This document shows positions 39,724 through 47,618 of a stretch of DNA of 64,000 bases, piece after piece. A program made the translations under genes and the position numbers. The stretch covers positions 6,395 through 70,394 of the forward strand of contig CAZIMS010000010.1 of NCBI GenBank assembly GCA_964540515.1, read 5' to 3'. The DNA comes from an uncultured Pseudomonadota bacterium (GTDB lineage Bacteria; CALINM01). The notes below the pieces were generated by a model. It did no database searches. It had not been told where the DNA came from and worked only from the letters and a program-made list of their open reading frames with translations. The stretch's first letter is position 1, and each line of letters begins with the position of its first letter.

Positions 39724-40274
39724 TATAAGTCTCCTCTTATCTCAAAATCATTAACAAGTATCTTTTTTTCACCAAAGCGCTGAAAAGTCTGCTTTGTTAT
39801 CTCTGCTTTCTTAATATAATTTATACCCTGTAGCCTCTTTGAGAAAGCTACAGCGCTCTCAGGATTTAGGCTTTCACCAACTAAGATAAAGTTTTTTCTA
39901 ACAATGTCAATGTCTAAGCTCTTTAATACGGTCGCACTAACCATAATACTTTCTAAGTCCGTTAGAAAAAGCGTCACAAAAAACCTTTTTTCATAAATAT
40001 CTTTATAAAATCTAACCTTCTCATTAAGGACCTTTATTTCTTCATCAGATATGAATCTTCTTCTCTCCTTAATATTTTTTTCTATCATCTCTTCTATGGA
40101 AGTTTTTTCAATTTTTATCCTTTCTATCTCAGAAGAGATACTACCTACCCTATTAATGCCTAATATAAAAATTATTGCTAAAAAAATTACAGATATACCG
40201 TAAGCAACTCTTAAAGCATAAATTTGTTTTCTCTTGACCTTATTGGCTGAAGAAAAATTTATGCTATATTTCAT
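39720..40274 (-). CDS. PilN-like protein
   Basis: MKYSINFS start overlapping the upstream TGA (ATGA), TM helix, coiled coil, C-terminal LVGES..AVAFSKRL. Confidence 0.65.
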   Translation of the reverse strand: MKYSINFSSANKVKRKQIYALRVAYGISVIFLAIIFILGINRVGSISSEIERIKIEKTSIEEMIEKNIKERRRFISDEEIKVLNEKVRFYKDIYEKRFFVTLFLTDLESIMVSATVLKSLDIDIVRKNFILVGESLNPESAVAFSKRLQGINYIKKAEITKQTFQRFGEKKILVNDFEIRGDLY

Positions 40275-41131
40275 GATTCCAGTACCCCAAAACCACAAAT
40301 AAAGGAGGAGGTTTTCTTTTCAGAAGTTTTGTTGACGATCTTATCTTTTATATCAAGGACTCTAATTTTTTCGTTAAAATAGCTTTCTATCCCAATTCTC
40401 TCTAACTCATCAAAAATTACCATCTCCTCGGGCTCAAAATCACCAAACCTCTCCCTTACATTTGCCAACATGCTCATTGTCTCAAAATCTATTCTTGATA
40501 ACTCCAAAGCCCTATCTACCTCTCTAATAGAAATTGGCATATTCTCCTTAATGATAATTTGAGAGAAATATTTTTCCCTTAACCAATAGACAATCCCATT
40601 TTTTGGAAGAGATTTCTCAAAGACGTTCATAAAAGAGAGGGTTGGGGTTGTTATTATTGCAGGTTCTATACCTTTTTCATTTAAAATAACTTCTATAGAC
40701 TTTAAAAATCCCTTAAATGTGGCAACCACCAAGAGCTTTGTCATCTCTTTCTCTTTTTTCAAAGATTGTATTCTTATCTCAACATAATCTTTAGGTATAG
40801 GCATTATTTTTTGTATCTTCCACATTACAAACTCTAAAGCCTCATTCTCGTTTTTAGGATAGGCTTCCACCTCAATAAAGTGATACCAAGAGAGGGCATG
40901 GGGTAAGATAACATTACAATTTTTTAGCTTACAATGAGATTTCTCATTTAACTCTTCTATAGACTCCTTTAATACTCCATAGTTAAGCAATACATCATTT
41001 TCTGTTCTTTCATAAATTTTACTATCCTTTATTTTTACCTTATGTACATCCGAGATAGTATATAACCCCTTCTTAGCCTCTAAACATAAATGTAATAAAT
41101 GCTCACTATCAATCATCATAATGCTATTCAT
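40271..41131 (-). CDS. PilM/GspL-like cytoplasmic actin-fold protein
   Basis: Position after the ATPase; CNVILP, FVMWKIQKIMP, LLVVA, GIEPAII pattern. Confidence 0.6.
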   Translation of the reverse strand: MNSIMMIDSEHLLHLCLEAKKGLYTISDVHKVKIKDSKIYERTENDVLLNYGVLKESIEELNEKSHCKLKNCNVILPHALSWYHFIEVEAYPKNENEALEFVMWKIQKIMPIPKDYVEIRIQSLKKEKEMTKLLVVATFKGFLKSIEVILNEKGIEPAIITTPTLSFMNVFEKSLPKNGIVYWLREKYFSQIIIKENMPISIREVDRALELSRIDFETMSMLANVRERFGDFEPEEMVIFDELERIGIESYFNEKIRVLDIKDKIVNKTSEKKTSSFICGFGVLES

Positions 41132-41134
41132 AAC

Positions 41135-42841
41135 TTATTCCACAAAGGTTACCCTGTTTATCTCTTTCATAGTTGTAACTCCTTCAAAGACCTTTTTTAA
41201 AGCTGCTTCTCTTAAAAAGACAGTCCCTAATTCTTTAGCTTTTTTCTTCAAAACTTGAATAGGGGCCTTCTCGATTATAAGCTCCTTTATCTCATCATTC
41301 AATACTAAAACCTCTCCAATGGCAATTCTACCTTTATACCCTGTATAGGAACACTCAGAGCAACCATAACCCTCATAAAAAACATAATCTTTATATCTAT
41401 CCTCATTCAGTCCTGAAAGTTTAAGAAAATCTGGAACATAGTTAACAGGTTTTTTACAGTTATGACAAAGTTCTCTTATAAGTCTCTGAGCCAAGACACA
41501 GTTTAGAGAGGATACAAAGTTATAAGGAGATATTCCCATATTGAGAAATCTTGCTATAACGTCGAAAATATTGTTGGCGTGGACTGTTGTAAAGACTAAA
41601 TGACCAGTAAGAGCAGACTGAATGGCAATCTGTGCAGTCTCTAAATCCCTAATCTCTCCAACCATAATCTTGTCAGGGTCATGTCTTAATATTGACCTCA
41701 AACCCCTTGCAAAGGTTAAACCCTTTTTCTCATTAACAGGTATCTGAACGACTCCCTTGAGCTGATATTCAACAGGATCTTCAATAGTTACTATCTTATC
41801 CTCTCCAGAGTTTATCTCACTAATGGCTGCATAAAGAGTTGTTGTCTTACCAGAACCAGTGGGGCCCGTAACAAGTATCATTCCATAGGGCTCTCTAATC
41901 TTTTTTCTTAGGGCTTCTACAACTTGATTATCAAATCCTAAATAATCAAGTCGCAAATTTTTCAGATCAATCATAATACTCTCTTTATCAAGCACCCTTA
42001 TTACCGCATCTTCTCCAAAAATCGTAGGTAATATAGATACCCTGAAATCAACGTACTTTGCCTTAATCTTAAGTTTGAATCTTCCGTCCTGAGGTATTCT
42101 CTGTTCGGATATATCAAGGTCAGACATAACCTTTATTCTTGATATAATATTACTTTGATATTTCAGATCAATAGGACCTAAGACCTTCTGAAGGATACCA
42201 TCAATCCTAAAACGGACATAAACACCCTCTTGAGAAGATTCTATATGTATATCGCTGGCTCTCTTGTGCAAGGCATCGTATATAGCCGTATCGATGAGTT
42301 TAACTACTGGACTTGTATCTTCCGTGAGCTTTTCTAAGGAAAGTACTTCTTCTCCCTGATCTGTCTCTTTTACCAATAAAACCTTAAAGTCTTCCGTTAC
42401 ATCTTCAAGAATCTTTGATGAGCTCTCAATCTTAGCTAAGGTCTTATCAATCTTGCTTTTTGGTGATACGATTATCTCAATAGGTTTACCTAAAATCAGG
42501 TTAAGCTCATCAATAGTCAAAACCTTAATTGGGTCAGAAAAGGCAAAATAATATTTTCCATTTTCTTCTTTTAGAAAGATTATCTGATACTTTCGCATTA
42601 AATCTATTGATACACCTGAAGGAAGTTTTTCCGGTAGGGTGTAGCGAGAGAGGTCATCATATGGCAATCTAAGCTGTTCCGCCAGTGACTTATACAAATC
42701 TTCTTCTGTTATAAAACCAAGGTTAATTAATATTGTACCTAACTTCTCTTTACTTTTTTTAGCCTCATCGAGTCCTCTCTTTATTTGTTCTTCCGTTAAT
42801 AAACCCTTTTCTAAGAGAATCTCGCCTATCTTTTTTCTCAA
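41135..42841 (-). CDS. gspE: GspE/PilB assembly ATPase
   Basis: KKIGEILLEKG, ASDIHIE, GPTGSGKTTTLY, TIEDPVEY, LRHDPDKIMVGEIRD, CxxC...CxxC. Confidence 0.92.
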   Translation of the reverse strand: MRKKIGEILLEKGLLTEEQIKRGLDEAKKSKEKLGTILINLGFITEEDLYKSLAEQLRLPYDDLSRYTLPEKLPSGVSIDLMRKYQIIFLKEENGKYYFAFSDPIKVLTIDELNLILGKPIEIIVSPKSKIDKTLAKIESSSKILEDVTEDFKVLLVKETDQGEEVLSLEKLTEDTSPVVKLIDTAIYDALHKRASDIHIESSQEGVYVRFRIDGILQKVLGPIDLKYQSNIISRIKVMSDLDISEQRIPQDGRFKLKIKAKYVDFRVSILPTIFGEDAVIRVLDKESIMIDLKNLRLDYLGFDNQVVEALRKKIREPYGMILVTGPTGSGKTTTLYAAISEINSGEDKIVTIEDPVEYQLKGVVQIPVNEKKGLTFARGLRSILRHDPDKIMVGEIRDLETAQIAIQSALTGHLVFTTVHANNIFDVIARFLNMGISPYNFVSSLNCVLAQRLIRELCHNCKKPVNYVPDFLKLSGLNEDRYKDYVFYEGYGCSECSYTGYKGRIAIGEVLVLNDEIKELIIEKAPIQVLKKKAKELGTVFLREAALKKVFEGVTTMKEINRVTFVE

Positions 42842-42843
42842 AA

Positions 42844-44046
42844 TTACCCTCCCACCGCTCCTGCAAGACTAAAAATTGGTAAATACATTGCTATAACAAT
42901 CACTCCAACTATAAATCCCATAATTATCATAAGAGCTGGCTCAACAAGAGTAGTTATCATCGTTAAGGAATCTACTACAAGATTATCATAATACTCTGCT
43001 ACCTCGTCAAGCATTTCCCAAAGAGAGCCTGTCCCTTCACCAGATTTTATTAGCCTAAGAGCGATAGAAGGAAAGAGGTTGGTATCCTCAAGGGCTAAAG
43101 AGAGGGAGTTACCTTCCTCCACAAGTTTGGTTGCCTTTTTTATCTTTTCAGAAAAACTGGTGTTAGTACCCACATTAGCAGTAATCTTTAAAGCACTAAC
43201 TAAAGGAATGCCTCCCTTTATAATTGCAGAAAGAGTTCTCGCAAAGTTTGAAACAAGATAATTTCTATAGATATTTGAAACGAAAGGAGTTTTAAGCTTT
43301 AGATCATCAAGAAAAAGTCTGCCCTTAAAGGTACTCTTGACTCTGCTTATGACAAAAATTAATAAGACGAGAGCTAAAACTAAAAAAGGTAGTATAACCT
43401 TAAAAATATTTGTCACTTTTAAAAGAATAATTGTTGCTAAAGGCAATTCTACATTTGATTCTAAATAAATTTTACTAAAATTAGGTATTACATAGGTGAA
43501 CAAAAATATTACTGCCGCCACTATAATACATAAAACCATTATGGGGTAAACAGAGGCTGAGACAATCTTTCTACGCATCTCCTCCGTCTTTTTCATAAAT
43601 ACTTGATATTCTTTAAGTCTTTCAACAAGATTACCACCCTTTTCTCCTGCCTTCACGTTTGAGATATAAAGAAGTGGAAAGTACTCAGGAAATTTTTCCA
43701 TTGCTTCTGATAAAGAATATCCCTGGGCAATATCTCTCTTTATACTCTCCAAAACTCTGTAAAAACTCTTTTTTTGTGGCACCTTTTCTATAATAATCTC
43801 TAAAGCTTTGACGAGAGGCTGACCTGCTTTGAGTAAGATATAAAGCTCCTGATTAAATGTTAGGAAATCTCTTATATTGAATCTTCTTTTAGATATAGTA
43901 GATACTGTATAAACTTCTGTGATGTCAAGGAGGAGATATCCATCTTTTGATACAAGATACTTTATCTCTTCGAGAGAATCGGCAAAATATTTTATATAAA
44001 AAACTTTACCAGATTCATCAGCAACCTTACAGTTATAGTATGGCAT
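42844..44046 (-). CDS. gspF: GspF/PilC inner-membrane platform protein
   Basis: LLKAGQPL, GEKGGNL, SASVYP, GEGTGSL, LVEPALMI, MYLPIF. Confidence 0.92.
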   Translation of the reverse strand: MPYYNCKVADESGKVFYIKYFADSLEEIKYLVSKDGYLLLDITEVYTVSTISKRRFNIRDFLTFNQELYILLKAGQPLVKALEIIIEKVPQKKSFYRVLESIKRDIAQGYSLSEAMEKFPEYFPLLYISNVKAGEKGGNLVERLKEYQVFMKKTEEMRRKIVSASVYPIMVLCIIVAAVIFLFTYVIPNFSKIYLESNVELPLATIILLKVTNIFKVILPFLVLALVLLIFVISRVKSTFKGRLFLDDLKLKTPFVSNIYRNYLVSNFARTLSAIIKGGIPLVSALKITANVGTNTSFSEKIKKATKLVEEGNSLSLALEDTNLFPSIALRLIKSGEGTGSLWEMLDEVAEYYDNLVVDSLTMITTLVEPALMIIMGFIVGVIVIAMYLPIFSLAGAVGG

Positions 44047-44048
44047 AT

Positions 44049-44429
44049 TTATTTATTATGACAGGAAAAACAGATTTTGTTTATATCCATCCTTAAAAGT
44101 CTTTTCTCAAAATCTTTATTGCCCTTAGGATGAACATTATGACAGGTATAAGCACAGGTAATCTTTCCTTCTTCATCAAGTGGTAGATTCTCCCTGTTTA
44201 ACCTTGTCTTTACCCCAACTTTATGGGAAGGATGCACATCAGGATGACAAGATTCACAGACCCTGTTAGGTCCATCTTTAAGAGCTTTAGGATTATTTAA
44301 ATCAAGATGACAGTTGTTACAATTGTCTTTTGAAAGATGAAAGTTCTCAGCTAAGGAAAGGCCAACAAAACTATAAAAAAATAAGAAAACCAATAAAGAT
44401 TTAAACACCTTATCCCTCTCACAAAACAA
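44049..44429 (-). CDS. small exported multiheme cytochrome c (3 CxxCH + 1 CX3CH)
   Basis: CNNCH, CESCH, CAYTCH, CFSCH; signal peptide; GTG at 44408 with SD GAGG may be the true start. Confidence 0.88.
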   Translation of the reverse strand: MFCERDKVFKSLLVFLFFYSFVGLSLAENFHLSKDNCNNCHLDLNNPKALKDGPNRVCESCHPDVHPSHKVGVKTRLNRENLPLDEEGKITCAYTCHNVHPKGNKDFEKRLLRMDINKICFSCHNK

Positions 44430-44456
44430 ACCAGTATATTTTACAGAATATTAATC

Positions 44457-45545
44457 TTACTTTGCATAGACCTTAGGACTATGTTCTACATCATGACATT
44501 TAAGATAACAACTACCTCTAAATATCCCCTCGGACTTAAACTCGATTTTATTTGTTGTTGTCTCTCTTTTCACATAATCAGGGTTAAACTCTATCAAAAA
44601 TTTATTCTTTTCAGAGCCGTGTGGGCTGTGACAGGTGCTACAAGAGGTGCCTTTCCAGTTTCTTACCTTGACACCTTCTATATGTTCTCTGTGATAGGGG
44701 AAGCTTTCATTACCCAAGATGCTCTCTTTCCTATGACAGCTATAACATAAATCGTAGTTAGGAATAAGTGTCTCTTCTTTTTTTGTATAGGGTAATATAA
44801 GGATATAATCATTGTTTGAGCCATGCACCCCTTCAACTCTTTTTCCACCCTTTGTATCACTACCATGACAACTACTACATTTAATCATAGTCTCATAGGT
44901 TATACCTTCTTTAAGACTCGGCAAATAATTGTTCTTTCCAACTGCCACAACAGGATGATATGAAGGGTTATTTGGATTAAACTCTCTTAGCTTATTTTTT
45001 TGATAAAAAGGCTTATTTGCGTCTGCTCCATGGCATTTAAAGCAGACTTCATACTCATAATAGGCCTTCTTGACAAACTTACCTTCTATATTAACACCAC
45101 TAACCCCCCAGTGAGGAACCTCTGGAATAGAATCATGAGGACTATGGCAATCAAGACACTCGCTATGTCTTGGCAAATCAGGGTTAGTTACAGGATAAAC
45201 TTCATTATATTTATGTAAACCCTTCCTTTCTACAGGATGTCTATAGGGTTTATCAAAATCGGCGGCCACATTTTTTGCATTTTTTATATTAAGCCTCATC
45301 TTTTCTAACTTTTTAGATGCCCTATGCTTAGGACCGTGACAGGTATAACATTGGACTTCTTCTTCGCTACCTGAGTATCTAATACCTGCGTGACAGGTTT
45401 TACAGCCTCCGGGGTTATTTTCCGATAAAAGATGGGTACCCTTTTTCGTTTGTACTAAAAATTCAATCTCTTCTCTAGTTAAAGAATAGGCATTTATTGC
45501 AAAGCTTAAGATAAATAGACCTGTAAAAAAAATTTTTATCATCAT
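44457..45545 (-). CDS. exported multiheme cytochrome c (7 CxxCH + 1 CX3CH)
   Basis: CKTCH, CYTCH, CLDCH, CFKCH, CSSCH, CYSCH, CSTCH, CYLKCH; signal peptide. Confidence 0.9.
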   Translation of the reverse strand: MMIKIFFTGLFILSFAINAYSLTREEIEFLVQTKKGTHLLSENNPGGCKTCHAGIRYSGSEEEVQCYTCHGPKHRASKKLEKMRLNIKNAKNVAADFDKPYRHPVERKGLHKYNEVYPVTNPDLPRHSECLDCHSPHDSIPEVPHWGVSGVNIEGKFVKKAYYEYEVCFKCHGADANKPFYQKNKLREFNPNNPSYHPVVAVGKNNYLPSLKEGITYETMIKCSSCHGSDTKGGKRVEGVHGSNNDYILILPYTKKEETLIPNYDLCYSCHRKESILGNESFPYHREHIEGVKVRNWKGTSCSTCHSPHGSEKNKFLIEFNPDYVKRETTTNKIEFKSEGIFRGSCYLKCHDVEHSPKVYAK

Positions 45546-45548
45546 TCT

Positions 45549-46403
45549 CTACCTATTGTGGCAATGATTACAAAAACCGTAGTTACTAGCGTTAAAGTGA
45601 GCACAGGACCAATTAGTAAAAGATATTCTCTCCCTCATAAATTTTCCATACTGATTATTATGTGGTTCATGACAAGTAGCGCATTGAATACCTGTGCCAT
45701 TAGGATTAGAACTGCCGTTATAACCTAAATAACCAGTAGGCCTTAAAGGATAAATGGGTTCTCCTGCAACACCATCTACACAATCTATGTTAGTACTTCC
45801 GGCAGTTAATCCATATTTTCCTGTTCCACATATATTATTAGTGCTATTTCTCAACTTCCAAACATCACCGTCGGCAATCTTTTTTGCTATTAAGGCATCT
45901 GTTACAGCTATTGATATAGGATGGGCTGGATGATTTCCTGTGGGATCATTAAAATCAGAACCAAAGTAAATATCAGCAGTGGGAAGAATCTTGCCTTGTA
46001 TATCAACATAGTTAGTGCCTACAACATGTATATTCCCTTTAATCATATCGCCTACTGATACGGTTCCATCATGGCAGGAAAGACAGAGTTTTGAGCCTTT
46101 ATCGGGTTGATTTCTAGGGCTTCTAAGTGTAGCAGAACTAAAGGTGCGATATGTTGCCGTTGATAACTTATGTCCCCATAAAGGTGTGTCTATAGCACCG
46201 TGAGGAACATGACAGAACTTACATATCTGATTTTCATCAACAGCTTTTACCTTAACAACAGGTCTGTCAGTAGAGGTAGTAGCCCAGCTTGCAAGATTAT
46301 GAGGGCTTTTAGAAATAGGAGCGTTCTTTATATCTACAGCCTTAATTGCGGTAGGTATAAGGAAAAGAAGTATCAAGATTGCATATATCAATATATTTCT
46401 CAA
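45549..46403 (-). CDS. OmcE-like exported tetraheme cytochrome c
   Basis: Signal peptide; SPHNL, QICKFCHVPH, PLW, SKLCLSCHDG, HPIS, CATCHEPH, FCNHCHNR in the order and spacing I recall for Geobacter OmcE. Confidence 0.8.
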   Translation of the reverse strand: MRNILIYAILILLFLIPTAIKAVDIKNAPISKSPHNLASWATTSTDRPVVKVKAVDENQICKFCHVPHGAIDTPLWGHKLSTATYRTFSSATLRSPRNQPDKGSKLCLSCHDGTVSVGDMIKGNIHVVGTNYVDIQGKILPTADIYFGSDFNDPTGNHPAHPISIAVTDALIAKKIADGDVWKLRNSTNNICGTGKYGLTAGSTNIDCVDGVAGEPIYPLRPTGYLGYNGSSNPNGTGIQCATCHEPHNNQYGKFMRERISFTNWSCAHFNASNYGFCNHCHNR

Positions 46404-47455
46404 CTATCTTCTCCAAGATATTTTATAATTTGAAGTCTTCTATTCAAACTATCTGTAACATATATATAGTTTTTGTTATCAATAAATATGCCCGAGGGCA
46501 AGTTAAACTGACCTGGAAAAACTCCCTCTTCCCCTAATACAGCAAGCAGTTTCCCCTCCTTACTAAAGACCTGTATAGAATCTTGGAGGCTATCAACTAC
46601 ATATATATTGCCATCTTTATCGGAGCATACACCTTTAGGTCTTTCTAAATTACCATCTCCTTTTCCCATCTGACCTATTGAACCCATGTATTTTCCATTT
46701 AAATCAAAGATTTGTATTCTAAAATTCATACTATCAGTTACATAAAGCTCTTCTTTATTATCATTTACGTAAATATGAGTGGGGTAATTAAACTCGACCT
46801 TTTCTTCACCTCTTGCCCCTATCACTTTAATAGTATCAAAATTTTTATTTAAAACTCTCACATTATGATTAATGGTATCTACTACATAAAATCTCTTTTT
46901 CTTCTCAGAATAGGATATACCACTGGGTCTCCAATTAGTCTCTTTTAATGTTTTACTATCTACAGGATAACCATTTTTATCGTAAATTACAATTCTCTTT
47001 TTTTCAGGATCTGCAACATAGATATAGCCTTCATCATCAACTACTACAGAGGTTGGATAAAATAGTTTATCGCCATCCTTAGTGTCTCTTAAAAAATCTA
47101 CAGTCCCCTTATTAAGATCAAAAACAATAACAGATAATACACCCTGATCAACCACATAAATCCTTTCATCTTTAGCAAAAACCGCATAGGGCTTAACAAA
47201 TTCTATAAAGGGGGATGTCTCTTCTCCTAAAAGCCATTTAAGAAACCTGTCAGTCTTGGTCTCCTTTATCAGATCTTTTTTAAAGTCATTGGCGGTATTT
47301 ATAATTTTTATTAACTCATATCTTGGCTTTGAAGGTGGCGCAGGCCATTTAAGCCCTATAGTGCTATTATAAAAAGATGAAGGGTCACTTACTCCTATAT
47401 GATAAGAACAACCCACTAAAAGTAGAAAGACTAAGAAAAACTTAAGCCTACTCAT
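46400..47455 (-). CDS. NHL-repeat (6-bladed beta-propeller) lipoprotein
   Basis: Lipobox LVGC; repeats FxxPxxIxV, IYVxDxxNxRIQIF. Confidence 0.9.
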   Translation of the reverse strand: MSRLKFFLVFLLLVGCSYHIGVSDPSSFYNSTIGLKWPAPPSKPRYELIKIINTANDFKKDLIKETKTDRFLKWLLGEETSPFIEFVKPYAVFAKDERIYVVDQGVLSVIVFDLNKGTVDFLRDTKDGDKLFYPTSVVVDDEGYIYVADPEKKRIVIYDKNGYPVDSKTLKETNWRPSGISYSEKKKRFYVVDTINHNVRVLNKNFDTIKVIGARGEEKVEFNYPTHIYVNDNKEELYVTDSMNFRIQIFDLNGKYMGSIGQMGKGDGNLERPKGVCSDKDGNIYVVDSLQDSIQVFSKEGKLLAVLGEEGVFPGQFNLPSGIFIDNKNYIYVTDSLNRRLQIIKYLGEDS

Positions 47456-47618
47456 TTGTTTGATATTATATCATAAAATTATTATCTTATAGAGAAAATT
47501 TAAGATTAGACTTTTTACTAATATTATATGTGAAAAGTTGTGCAATCTATTGAAAATACTTATTTTTTGAATTAATCTATGTCTTAAAGTAAAATTTAAC
47601 TTGGGGGTTAAATAAATA

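Noticed and set aside
35003-44046. Calling the cluster a retractile type IVa pilus
   Set aside because: No PilT, no PilA-like major pilin or PilY1 in the locus; the pilins are GspG-like.
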